A DNA stretch of 64,000 nt from an uncultured Chloroflexia bacterium (lineage in GTDB: Bacteria > Chloroflexota > Limnocylindria > Limnocylindrales > CSP1-4): contig OY969885.1 in NCBI GenBank assembly GCA_963704325.1, positions 1,383,188-1,447,187 of the forward strand, read 5' to 3'. This document shows positions 50,286-61,060 of the stretch, piece by piece. The stretch's first letter is position 1; each line of letters opens with the position of its first letter. Under the pieces are notes generated by a model that saw only the letters and a list, made by a program, of their open reading frames with translations, had not been told where the DNA came from and made no database searches. The position numbers were made by a program, and so were the translations under genes.

Positions 50286-51836
50286 ATGTCTAATCCCTCA
50301 CCGGCACTGGCCGCCTTCCTGTCGTTCATCTTCCCCGGCGCGGGGCAGCTGTATGCGGGCGAGCCGCGCAGGGCGATCGTGTGGGCGCTGCCCATGCTCA
50401 TCTTCATCCTGGCCGTGCTGTGGCTCATCTTTGGTGGGCAGGGCGCGATCACGGGCCTTGTCACCGCACCCAAGCTGCTCGGGCTGCTCGTGCTCAACGT
50501 GGCCTTCTTCCTGTACCACGTGGCCGCGATGCTCGACGCCTACCAGCTCGCAGGGCGCGACCGCTTCTCGGGCTACCGCCGATCGGGCAGCGTCGCTCCG
50601 ATCGCCCTTGCCGCGCTTGTCGCCGTGACGATGATCATGCACGGCCTGCCGGCCGTTGCGTGGGGTGTGCCGCTGTACAACTTCGTCGCGTCACAGCAGG
50701 GGCGGCCGGACGTCATCCCCAGCTTCAACCCAGGGCCCACGCCTACGCCATCGGCAGTGCCCAGCGGCGCCACTCCAACGCCGGCGGCCTCCCCGACCGG
50801 CACGCCGGGCGGCTCGGGCAGCCCAACGCCGAGTGGCTCCGGTGGTCCCGTGCCTTCTCCACGCGCATGTGACCCGATCGATCTCGGCAGCTGGGGAATG
50901 GCCGCCGACGGCCGCGTCAACCTGCTCATGGTCGGTTCCGACTCGCGCTCTGACGACGGTGTCAGCGCGGCCAGCATCCGGACCGACTCCATGCTCCTGC
51001 TGAGCATCGACATCGCGTCATGCAAGGCCGCCATGTTCAGCTTCCCGCGCAACATGCAGGAGCCCAAGCCGGGCTCCGACTCGCGCTACCCGAGCTGGTT
51101 CCGCATTCCGCTCGAGAACGGTGGGACATACCCGGGCTTCCTCTTCGGGCTGTGGCGCGATGCTGCCTCGAGCCCGAGCGTCTACCCCGGATCCGATGGC
51201 ATCGGCGCCGAGTGCCAGGCTCAGTTCGACTGCGAGCGCGGATGGCGCGCGCTGACCGTCGCCATCCAGAACATGGCCGGCGTGCAGGTCGACGCCGTGG
51301 TTTCGGTCAACCTGAAGGGCTTCGTTGACGTGGTCGACAACCTGCCCGGCGGCGGCCTGTGGATCGACATTCCGTCGCCGCTCTACGACGAAGAGTACTT
51401 CGACTCGAACCAGCAGCCGATGCTGATCGACTTTGACCGCGGCTGCCAGTTCCTGAACGGCGAAGAGTCGCTCGCCTACGCGCGATCACGCCATCAGGAC
51501 TCGGATTACCAGCGCGCGCGGCGCCAGCAATACGTGATCCAGCAGGTCCGCAAGCAACTCGATCCTCTGGCGCTGCTACCCAACGTGCCGGCGCTGCTGG
51601 GCGTCGCCCAGGCCAACCTGTTCATGACCATTGATGACACGGACATCCCGTTCCTGGCCCAGGTGGCGTCGCGCATCGATGCCGACCGCATGTACCGCTA
51701 CGACTTCGCGCCGGCACGCCTGACCCGGCTCGAGAGCATGCAGGGCATGGCCGACAAGGTGAACAACATCTTCGATGAGCCGGAGCCGACGCCCACCACG
51801 CGGCCCGATCAGGAGCCCTGCCCGCCGCGCACCTGA
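50286..51836 (+). CDS. LCP-family (LytR-CpsA-Psr) cell-envelope phosphotransferase with N-terminal multi-TM domain
   Basis: N-terminal TM domain, PT/GS-rich linker, then an LCP catalytic domain. Confidence 0.85.
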   Translation: MSNPSPALAAFLSFIFPGAGQLYAGEPRRAIVWALPMLIFILAVLWLIFGGQGAITGLVTAPKLLGLLVLNVAFFLYHVAAMLDAYQLAGRDRFSGYRRSGSVAPIALAALVAVTMIMHGLPAVAWGVPLYNFVASQQGRPDVIPSFNPGPTPTPSAVPSGATPTPAASPTGTPGGSGSPTPSGSGGPVPSPRACDPIDLGSWGMAADGRVNLLMVGSDSRSDDGVSAASIRTDSMLLLSIDIASCKAAMFSFPRNMQEPKPGSDSRYPSWFRIPLENGGTYPGFLFGLWRDAASSPSVYPGSDGIGAECQAQFDCERGWRALTVAIQNMAGVQVDAVVSVNLKGFVDVVDNLPGGGLWIDIPSPLYDEEYFDSNQQPMLIDFDRGCQFLNGEESLAYARSRHQDSDYQRARRQQYVIQQVRKQLDPLALLPNVPALLGVAQANLFMTIDDTDIPFLAQVASRIDADRMYRYDFAPARLTRLESMQGMADKVNNIFDEPEPTPTTRPDQEPCPPRT

Positions 51837-51862
51837 TCCGCTAGCCAGGGCGGCGAGCCCGC

Positions 51863-52540
51863 TCAATCGATCAGCCGGCGCCGGCGCAGCTCCCTGAGCA
51901 ACCCACGCAACGTCGTCACGGCATGTACTCCGGCGTCACGCAGCCCCGCCGGTGTTGCCGCTCCGTAGGTCACCCCGATAGCGGCCATACCCGCCGCGCG
52001 TGAGGCGAGCACGTCCCACTTCGAATCGCCCACGTACCAGCAATCTCCCGGGCTGACGCCAAGCTCCTGCGCGGCAAGCAGGAGCAGATCCGGCGCCGGC
52101 TTGGCCCGTTTCACATGAGTTCCGTCGACGATCTTCGGCGCACTGCCCAGGCGGAGTGCCGCGATCGACGCGCCGACCTGCTCGCGCCGGCTGGAAGTGG
52201 CGATCGCCCAGGCCAGGCTGCTCGAAGAGAGCGCCTCGCACAGCGTCCGCGCGCCATGAATGGGCCGCGGCGACGTGTTGAGGCGGTCGTAGATCTCGCC
52301 CGAGCGGTGGTCAAGGCGCTCCGCGCGTTCGTCATCGAGGGCGCGACCGGATCGCTCCGTCACATCGCGGGCAAGCTGCTTGCCGTCAGAGCCGATCAGC
52401 GCCGCAACGTGATCCTTGTTCGCGGTAATGCCAGCCTCTTTGAAAGTTGCCAGCCATGCGGCGACTCGCGTCTGGACCGTGTCGATCAGCGTTCCGTCCA
52501 GGTCGAAGATGACCGCCTGCGGGTCAGGCAGCGCGGAGAT
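51863..52540 (-). CDS. HAD-superfamily hydrolase (phosphoglycolate-phosphatase-like); N-terminus extends past the first canonical start
   Basis: Canonical ORF 51863..52363 has HAD motifs III/IV (KRAKPAPD, WYVGDSKWD). My upstream translation gives in-frame motif I (...PQAVIFDLDGTLIDT) at 52487-52520 with no ATG/GTG/TTG before it. The 5' end is set at ATC 52538-52540 provisionally. Confidence 0.6.
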   Translation of the reverse strand: MSALPDPQAVIFDLDGTLIDTVQTRVAAWLATFKEAGITANKDHVAALIGSDGKQLARDVTERSGRALDDERAERLDHRSGEIYDRLNTSPRPIHGARTLCEALSSSSLAWAIATSSRREQVGASIAALRLGSAPKIVDGTHVKRAKPAPDLLLLAAQELGVSPGDCWYVGDSKWDVLASRAAGMAAIGVTYGAATPAGLRDAGVHAVTTLRGLLRELRRRRLID

Positions 52541-52545
52541 TGCGC

Positions 52546-53159
52546 TCAGCGCCGGTTCCTGGCGAAGATGAACAGCAGGACCGCGCCGATGACGACTGCC
52601 GCAAGCAAGAGGGCAAGCATCAGGTCCGTGCCGGTGCCCGACGGCGACCCATCGATCGGCTCTGCAGTGGCGACCGGCGTGGGGCTCGCGGGAGGGCTTG
52701 AAGTGGGTGCAACGGAAGCGCTGGGCACCGTGGTCGCGCTGGGCGCAGCTGTCGCACTGGGCGTGGCCGTGGCCGCCACGGTTGGGCTGGGCGTGGCGGC
52801 TGCGGCAACGGTGAACGTGAACGTGTCGCGCTCAACACCGTTGTCTTCCGGCGTGACGGTCTGCCAGCGCACCTCGTACGTGCCTGGCTCCAGGGCGGGC
52901 AGTTCGACGACCATGACCGTGGCGTCGTCATCGCTGACGGCACCCTCGGCGACCAGCGCTCCACCAGCGTCCATGACCCTGATGAAGCTGCGCTCCGCGT
53001 CGAACTCTGCGCTGAAGCTCGCGGTCAGCGTGTAGGGCGTACTGATTGTTTCGCCGGCGGCCGGATCGGACTCCTCAAGGTGAGCGTGGCCCAGCACGGC
53101 GAGAGGAGTGAGAGCAGTGAACATGAACGCCATCAGGAGGGCGCTCGTTGCGCGAATCA

Positions 53160-53163
<4 letters not shown>
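52546..53163 (-). CDS. CopC-domain copper-binding protein with PT/AS-rich linker and C-terminal membrane anchor
   Basis: Signal peptide, then [13 protein letters not shown] (CopC N-terminal His motif). Thr/Pro/Ala/Ser-rich linker. C-terminal TM helix plus RNRR. Confidence 0.75.
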
Positions 53164-55187
<2,024 letters not shown>

Positions 55188-55229
55188 TCGCCCAGCGATG
55201 CTACAGCCGCGTGGGTGTCACGCCGCGGA

Positions 55230-56096
55230 GTGACACCACGCACCGTGGGTGGCTATAGTTCGGCCGTGGACAACAACGATTCGGTTGCCCAACTGGTCAA
55301 GCTGGGTCTGACCAGCTACGAAGCGAAAGCGTATTTGACGCTGATCCTGCGCGACTCGTTCACGGCGGCGCAGGTAGCGCGCCAGTCGGGCCTGCCGCGC
55401 CAGCGGATCTATGACGTGCTGGGCAGCCTCGTCCAGAAGGGGCTTGCTGCGGCGCGACCGGGCAACGTTGTCAAGTACGCCGCGACACCGCCTGAGCTCG
55501 CCATCGACCAGTTGCTGACCTCACACCGCGAGCAGCTGGACCGGATGGAGCGCGACGCACGGACCATGGCCAGCAGCCTCAAGCCCGCATTCGACGCCGG
55601 CCAGGAGCACACCGACCCACTCGAGTACATCGAGGTGCTGCGCGATCGGCGCGCGATCAACGAGCGCTTCACCGAGCTCCAGGCGGGGGTCAAGAAGGAG
55701 ATCCTCGTCTTCACCAAGCCGCCCTACGCCACCCCGCCGCAGGAGAACGTGGAGGGCCTCGAGGTGATCCAGTCGCACGAGGCACGTTCGCTGTACGAGT
55801 ACTCGATCTTTGACGATGCGGCCGTCGCGCGCGGCGTCCAGCGCTTCGTGGACGCCGGCGAGGACGCGCGCTTCGTGCCCAGCCTGCCCCTGAAGCTCGT
55901 CATCATCGACGAGACGATCGTGATGTTCGGCATGGAGGACCCGGTCGCGGGCAGCTCGGAGCTGACCATCGTGGTCGTCGAGCACCAGTCGCTGGCCAGG
56001 GTGCTCAAGACGGCCTTTGACGCGATCTGGGCGACGGGTCTGACGTTCGAGCAGGCGCACGATCTGCTCAGTGCGCGAGAGGCAACGACCGCCTGA
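55230..56096 (+). CDS. TrmB-family transcriptional regulator
   Basis: N-terminal wHTH (AQLVKLGLTSYEAKAYLTLI...SGLPRQRIYDVLGSLVQKGL) plus a C-terminal TrmB domain. GTG at 55230 chosen; 55266 is an alternative. Confidence 0.7.
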   Translation: MTPRTVGGYSSAVDNNDSVAQLVKLGLTSYEAKAYLTLILRDSFTAAQVARQSGLPRQRIYDVLGSLVQKGLAAARPGNVVKYAATPPELAIDQLLTSHREQLDRMERDARTMASSLKPAFDAGQEHTDPLEYIEVLRDRRAINERFTELQAGVKKEILVFTKPPYATPPQENVEGLEVIQSHEARSLYEYSIFDDAAVARGVQRFVDAGEDARFVPSLPLKLVIIDETIVMFGMEDPVAGSSELTIVVVEHQSLARVLKTAFDAIWATGLTFEQAHDLLSAREATTA

Positions 56097-56234
56097 GCTA
56101 AGACGGCTTTGAGATGCTTTTGAAATCTGCCACTCGACAGAGTGCAACTTGCGCTCTTACCGGTAAGGAACCACTATGCGTGGTGTCGCGCAAGTAGAGG
56201 CTTGTCGCGCACATCGAGTGAGGTTCCGTCCCGA

Positions 56235-58076
56235 ATGGCACTCAACCGGTCACGCCGCCTGGCCCGTTCCGTCGTGGGCCTGGCAGGAGTCGCGCTTCTC
56301 TTGACGGCGATGCTGCCCGCGGCCAGTCTGGCTGCGCCGGTGAGCGGCCAGCGCTACATGGTCGTCTTCAAGGGCGGCTATGCGCTTGATGGCAGCTATG
56401 CGCTGGGCAAGGGCTATGCCCTGGTGACAGAGGAGCAGACGGCTGCGCTCGACGACACCTACGCGCTGGGCACCGACTACGCGCTCTACGCGCTCAAGAA
56501 GACGTACGCCCTCCTGCGCCAGTACGCCCTGACCGACGATTACGCGCTTGCGGACGACTACGCGCTGTTCGGCGAGTACGCACTCAACTCGGGCTACGCG
56601 CTCGACACCGATTACGCGCTGGGCAACGGCTATGCGCTGGCCCAGGCGACCGCCGGCTACGCCCTCGACAGCTCCTACGCGCTGCTCGATGACAGCGCCG
56701 CCTACGCGCTGGGTGACAACTACGCCCTGCTGGATGCGTACGCCCTGGACGAAAACTACGCGCTTGCGCGCGACTATGCGCTCGAGGTTGTCAGCCTTGC
56801 CGGCGGGACGGTGACGGCCGACCTTACGCGCCAGATCGGGGTGATGATCGTCGACTCCAAGAACTCGACTTTCGCGTCACTGCTGCGCCAGTACGCGCTG
56901 GTCGATTACGTAGGCCAGGACTTCGGCGTCGACATCTTCAAGGGCTTCAATGAGACCTTCGCCCCAGCGCCGGCTCCCAACCCAACGCCCGGTGCGCTCG
57001 ACCCGCTCGAGGAGGCGCAGTGGAGCATGGAGCTCATTCGCGCGCGAGCAGCACACGCCTATGGCACCGGCGCGCGAGTGGACGTTGGCGTACTCGACAC
57101 GGGCATTGACGGCAACCATCTCGACTTCCGCAACCGCTCCGGCGTCTCCGGCGTGGACTGTGCGCGCGGCGCCGACTTCACCGCCGAAGGGCCGGGCGTG
57201 GGCATCCCCGCAGCGTGCGTAGACAACAACTTCCATGGCACGCACGTGGCCGGCATCATCGGCGCCCGGCGCAACGGACTGGGCGTGGTCGGCGTAGCGC
57301 CCAACGCCACGCTCGTGCCGATCAAGGTGTGCGACGGCGACGGCCACTGCTACGTCAGCGACACGGTTGAGGGCATCACCTATGCCGGCGACCTGGGCCT
57401 TGATGTCGCGAACATGAGCTTCTTCGTGGACGACGACGACTTCCAGCAGTCGACCGCATTCAAGTGCCAGAGCAACGACACCCAGCGGGCGTACCGCGTC
57501 GCAGTCGAGCGAGCGCTGGCCTACGCGCGTGGCGAAGGCGTCAGCCTCGTTGCCGCGCTGGGCAACTCGGATACGGATCTCGCCGATCCGGAGGATCGCG
57601 GCGGCCGTAACTGCCGCACCGTGCCGGCCCAGTCGCCCGGCGTGATCGGCACCGGGGCCCTTGGTCCCGACAGTGAGAAGGCTGCATATTCCAGCTACGG
57701 GCTGGGCTGGGCGGACGTGTCCGCACCGGGTGGCAACGAGGCGATCGGTGAGGGCAATTGCCTGACCGAGGTCCTCTCAACTCTGCCCGGCAACAGCTAC
57801 GGCTGCATCCAGGGAACGTCGATGGCCTCGCCCCACACGACTGGCGTGGTGGCGCTCATCGTGGGCCGCTACGGCAGCGGCGACGGCCACGGCGGGCTGC
57901 GCTGGGCACCGGACAAGGTCAGCAAGAAGCTTGCCCAGACGGTGGTCGACATCGGCAAGAAGGGCAACGACGAGTGCTTCGGCAAGGGCCGAATCGACGC
58001 CCTGCGCGCCGTGCGCAACCAGACCTCGTATCTGCGCGACACGAGCGCGCCGATGTGCCCCGAATACACGGAATGA
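56235..58076 (+). CDS. S8-family (subtilisin-like) serine peptidase whose propeptide carries ~20 tandem xxxYAL hexapeptide repeats
   Basis: Signal peptide (MALNRSRRLARSVVGLAGVALLLTAMLPAASLAAP). The propeptide begins YMVVFKGG and ends ...LRQYALVDYV. Catalytic D (VLDTGID), H (HGTHVAG), S (GTSMASPH). Confidence 0.85.
   Translation: MALNRSRRLARSVVGLAGVALLLTAMLPAASLAAPVSGQRYMVVFKGGYALDGSYALGKGYALVTEEQTAALDDTYALGTDYALYALKKTYALLRQYALTDDYALADDYALFGEYALNSGYALDTDYALGNGYALAQATAGYALDSSYALLDDSAAYALGDNYALLDAYALDENYALARDYALEVVSLAGGTVTADLTRQIGVMIVDSKNSTFASLLRQYALVDYVGQDFGVDIFKGFNETFAPAPAPNPTPGALDPLEEAQWSMELIRARAAHAYGTGARVDVGVLDTGIDGNHLDFRNRSGVSGVDCARGADFTAEGPGVGIPAACVDNNFHGTHVAGIIGARRNGLGVVGVAPNATLVPIKVCDGDGHCYVSDTVEGITYAGDLGLDVANMSFFVDDDDFQQSTAFKCQSNDTQRAYRVAVERALAYARGEGVSLVAALGNSDTDLADPEDRGGRNCRTVPAQSPGVIGTGALGPDSEKAAYSSYGLGWADVSAPGGNEAIGEGNCLTEVLSTLPGNSYGCIQGTSMASPHTTGVVALIVGRYGSGDGHGGLRWAPDKVSKKLAQTVVDIGKKGNDECFGKGRIDALRAVRNQTSYLRDTSAPMCPEYTE
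56373..56785 (+). repeat. about 20 tandem 18-nt units (nnn-nnn-nnn-TAC/T-GCG/C-CTN) encoding x-x-x-Y-A-L, in-frame inside the S8 peptidase propeptide
   Basis: Read directly: GGYALDGSYALGKGYAL...YALGTDYALYALKKTYALLRQYALTDDYALADDYALFGEYALNSGYALDTDYALGNGYAL...YALDENYALARDYAL. Confidence 0.8.
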
Positions 58077-58182
58077 AAACGCGCATCGATCGTTGACTGC
58101 GTCGCGGCCGTCCGCCCTCGAGTGAGGGGAAGCAGTCAGCACCACATACGCGACCGGTAAGGACGGGTTCCGGTCGCGGAGT

Positions 58183-58225
58183 AAGCGGCTCCCGAGATGA
58201 CCGGCTCGGGAGCCGCTTCATTTTG
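58183..58225 (+). terminator. intrinsic terminator
   Basis: Perfect 14-bp stem AAGCGGCTCCCGAG/CTCGGGAGCCGCTT, 8-nt loop, then CATTTTG. About 107 nt after the peptidase stop. Confidence 0.6.
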
Positions 58226-58254
58226 TCGGCACGCCACGTTTTACGATTGGGCAC

Positions 58255-58857
58255 GTGCCAGCCCGGGCAGCCGCCCTCATCCTCGCCGCCGGCCGGTCGT
58301 CGCGATTCGGCTCAAACAAGCTGCTCGTGGAGCTTCGCGGCCGGCCGATCCTGCAGCATGTGCTCGACGTCGTCGCCGCGGCACGGCTGCGGCCGGTCGT
58401 GGTCGTGACCGGACCGGACGGCGCGGCGGCATACGCTGCGCTGAAGTGGCGCGCCGAGCAGCTCGTCACCAACCCAAGTCCGGAACGCGGCCTGTCCACG
58501 TCACTCCAGGCTGGCCTGGCCGCGCTGACCGACTCGGACGCCCAGCGTGCGCTCGTGCTGCTCGCCGACCAGCCGCTGCTGTCCAGGGCGCAGATCGGAG
58601 CGATCCTGGCCGAGCCCATGGATGACGCGCGGCCCATCGTCGTGCCGCGCTACGGCGGCAGGCAGGGCAACCCCGTGTTGCTCGAGCGACCTGTGTGGCA
58701 GCTGGCGGCCGGCCTGAGCGGCGACCGGGGCATGGCCCAGGTCTTCCGGACGCGGCCCGACCTTGTCCGCTACGTGGACGTCGCCGGCGTCAATCCGGAC
58801 ATCGACACGCCGGCCGACCTGGCCGCCCTGGCCGCATCGGTCAACGGTGCAGGATGA
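58255..58857 (+). CDS. MobA-like NTP transferase domain protein (MocA-type molybdenum cofactor cytidylyltransferase)
   Basis: N-terminal LILAAGRSSRFGSNKLL (MobA/MocA GxxGxR-like NTP-binding motif). ~200 aa. GTG start. Confidence 0.7.
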   Translation: MPARAAALILAAGRSSRFGSNKLLVELRGRPILQHVLDVVAAARLRPVVVVTGPDGAAAYAALKWRAEQLVTNPSPERGLSTSLQAGLAALTDSDAQRALVLLADQPLLSRAQIGAILAEPMDDARPIVVPRYGGRQGNPVLLERPVWQLAAGLSGDRGMAQVFRTRPDLVRYVDVAGVNPDIDTPADLAALAASVNGAG

Positions 58858-59767
58858 GCCCTATTCGGCCGTACGGCGGGCGCGGATCCGTGTAGACCTT
58901 CAACCGCTCGTCCTCCTCGGACGTGACGGACAGGTCCCACAGCCGGTTCTGGGCCTCAAACGAGACCTCGGAGAGCTGCGGCCAGCGCTCCAGCATGGTG
59001 TGCCCGATCTCGTTGACGAGGTGCTGGATGGAGAGGCTGACGAAGCGATGGAAGACGGCCGCAGCGAGATCGGCCACCTGCTCACCCGAGACGTACTGCG
59101 CGTGCTCGGACGCGACGCCCGTCTGCGCGTCCGAGTAGCGCCAGCCGATGTCCATGTGGACGTACAGCGGCCGGTCGCGTCGCTCAGGCAGGGTGGTGTA
59201 CTCGTCGCGCGCGAAATCGGCGAACGCCGAGCCGGTGACCTTCATCAGCTGCAGGCCCTGTCGCCCCGCGGCCAGGTCGGACAGCTGGACGCCACCCTCC
59301 GCAGCGCGCCCCAGCTCCAGTCGGGCATTGGAACGGTCGCCGTGCTGTCGCTCGAATAGCACGCTGCTCGACTCGAAGCCACTGCCATCCTGGGACGGGA
59401 CAAGGGCCGGTTCGAACGGGATCTCGACGCCGTTGACGCGCAGGCGCTCCATGTGCGGGTACGTGTCGAGGAAGCGCCGGCCGATGAAGAGCAGCCACTG
59501 CTCCAGGGTGGCCCCGTCGAATGCGAGCGACTCGCGGTGGATGAAGTTCTTCATCGTGTCCGTGGCGACCACAAGGCGGTTGTCGCCCTCCGTGTAGGCG
59601 GACATGAAGGCGGTGCCCAGGACCTGGATCTCGATCGAGGCGGCGAGAAGCGTGTTGGACCTGCCGCTGAAGCTCGATTCAGGGATCGCGCCCACGCCGC
59701 TCAACGGCCGGGCGTAAGTGCGGTACGTGGAAACGTCCGCCTTGCCGTAAGAGATCTCGGCTTGCAT
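58841..59767 (-). CDS. factor-independent urate oxidase (uricase)
   Basis: YGKADVSTYRTY...RLVVATDTMKNFI...SIQHLVNEIG...WPQLSEVSFEAQNRLWD...YTDPRPPYG aligns along its length with bacterial uricases (e.g. Bacillus PucL). Confidence 0.85.
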   Translation of the reverse strand: MQAEISYGKADVSTYRTYARPLSGVGAIPESSFSGRSNTLLAASIEIQVLGTAFMSAYTEGDNRLVVATDTMKNFIHRESLAFDGATLEQWLLFIGRRFLDTYPHMERLRVNGVEIPFEPALVPSQDGSGFESSSVLFERQHGDRSNARLELGRAAEGGVQLSDLAAGRQGLQLMKVTGSAFADFARDEYTTLPERRDRPLYVHMDIGWRYSDAQTGVASEHAQYVSGEQVADLAAAVFHRFVSLSIQHLVNEIGHTMLERWPQLSEVSFEAQNRLWDLSVTSEEDERLKVYTDPRPPYGRIGLILHR

Positions 59768-60243
59768 CAGGCCTCCTGGGACACGTTCATCTTGACCAGT
59801 CGGTCACGCGCGATGGCGAAGACATCGTTCAGCGCCCGGTCCAGCTCTGCCTCCCGGTCGGCGTCAATGCGCGACTCCAGGAAATCGGCGATCTCCGATC
59901 GCGGCCGGCCCGCGACGTAGACCACGAAACGGAACCCGAAGCGCTCCTCGTACGCGTCGTTCAGGCGTGCCAGGCGGGCGGCCAGGGCTGCATCGGCGGT
60001 GTCAGGAAGCCGGTCGTAGCCCTGCTCGCGGAACGAAGTGGCAGACACGGTGTCCGGATCCGCGCCGATGCGAGGGTGTCCGTCGATCAGCTCGATGCGC
60101 TCCTCCTCGGGCAGAGTGGCGGCGTGCTGCTCCGCGCGGTCGAGCAGCTCCGTGAGCGTCGCTGCCCGCTCGTCCCGCAGGCGATCCACGAAGCGCGGCG
60201 CGTTCTCGAACAGTAGTGCCAGTCTCGCCTCCATCGAACCCAT
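59767..60243 (-). CDS. uraD: OHCU decarboxylase (2-oxo-4-hydroxy-4-carboxy-5-ureidoimidazoline decarboxylase)
   Basis: LIDGHPRIG motif and the helical OHCU decarboxylase pattern. The stop overlaps the uricase start. Confidence 0.8.
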   Translation of the reverse strand: MGSMEARLALLFENAPRFVDRLRDERAATLTELLDRAEQHAATLPEEERIELIDGHPRIGADPDTVSATSFREQGYDRLPDTADAALAARLARLNDAYEERFGFRFVVYVAGRPRSEIADFLESRIDADREAELDRALNDVFAIARDRLVKMNVSQEA

Positions 60244-60563
60244 CAGCTGCCGCGGTAGCTGGCCACTGAGTACGGCGCCAGCAGCAGCGGCACGTGGTAG
60301 CTGCGCGTGACATCCGAGACGCGGAACGAGATCGAGACGTCCTGGAAGAAGGCTCCCTCAACGCGAAACGAGATCAGGTAGTCGCCCGCCACCAACGGAC
60401 CGTCGAGCAGGCGCCTGATCCGCCCATCGCTGTCGGTCAGTCCGCCACCAGCGGCGTGCGGGCCATCGGCCGCCAGGCGCGACAGTTTGACCGCCAGGTT
60501 GGCGGCGGGCATCCCGTGCTCTGTATCCAGGACGTGCGTGGAGATCGTCGGCCCGTCGTCCAT
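60243..60563 (-). CDS. uraH: 5-hydroxyisourate hydrolase (transthyretin-like)
   Basis: ISTHVLDTEHGMPAANL N-terminus and the C-terminal YRGS signature. Confidence 0.85.
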   Translation of the reverse strand: MDDGPTISTHVLDTEHGMPAANLAVKLSRLAADGPHAAGGGLTDSDGRIRRLLDGPLVAGDYLISFRVEGAFFQDVSISFRVSDVTRSYHVPLLLAPYSVASYRGS

Positions 60564-60603
60564 CGGCCCTCCTCAGCGCCCGGTGTGGGCTACGCTTGCC
60601 GCC

Positions 60604-61035
60604 ATGGGCGATCTAAACATCCGCGTGGGCGACCTCCACTTTACCGCTCGCTGGGAGGCGCAGGCGCCGCTCACGCGTGAGGCGGTCCGTTCGATGCTCC
60701 CCTTGAGCTCCAAGCTCATCCATTGCAAATGGAGCGGTGAGGGCTGCTGGATCCCGTTCGGCGACGAGAAGCTGCCGGTGGGCTACGAGAACCACACCAG
60801 TCATCCGGCCCCGGGCGAGATCATCGTCTACACCGGCGACATATCCGAGGGCGAGATTCTGATTGCGTACGGAGCGTGCGACTTCTCGTCCAGGCTGGGC
60901 CAGCTGTCGGGCAACCACTTCGCCACGATCACCGGCCCGGGCGATCACGACCAGGTGCGTGACCAGCTGCGCGAGATGGGCCGCCGCGTCCTGTGGGAGG
61001 GCGCGCAGGAGATCGTCATCGAGGAGCAGCCGTAG
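60604..61035 (+). CDS. DUF3830-like (cyclophilin-like fold) protein, hypothetical
   Basis: The 143-aa ORF from the ATG (MGDLNIRVGDLHFTARWE...) resembles DUF3830. Divergent from uraH. Confidence 0.45.
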   Translation: MGDLNIRVGDLHFTARWEAQAPLTREAVRSMLPLSSKLIHCKWSGEGCWIPFGDEKLPVGYENHTSHPAPGEIIVYTGDISEGEILIAYGACDFSSRLGQLSGNHFATITGPGDHDQVRDQLREMGRRVLWEGAQEIVIEEQP

Positions 61036-61060
61036 TCGAGCCGGCGAGGCGAAGCTTCGG

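Noticed and set aside
52115-53035. 306-aa plus-strand ORF
   Set aside because: It lies antisense to the HAD hydrolase (its DxDGT motif is encoded on the minus strand here) and to the CopC gene.
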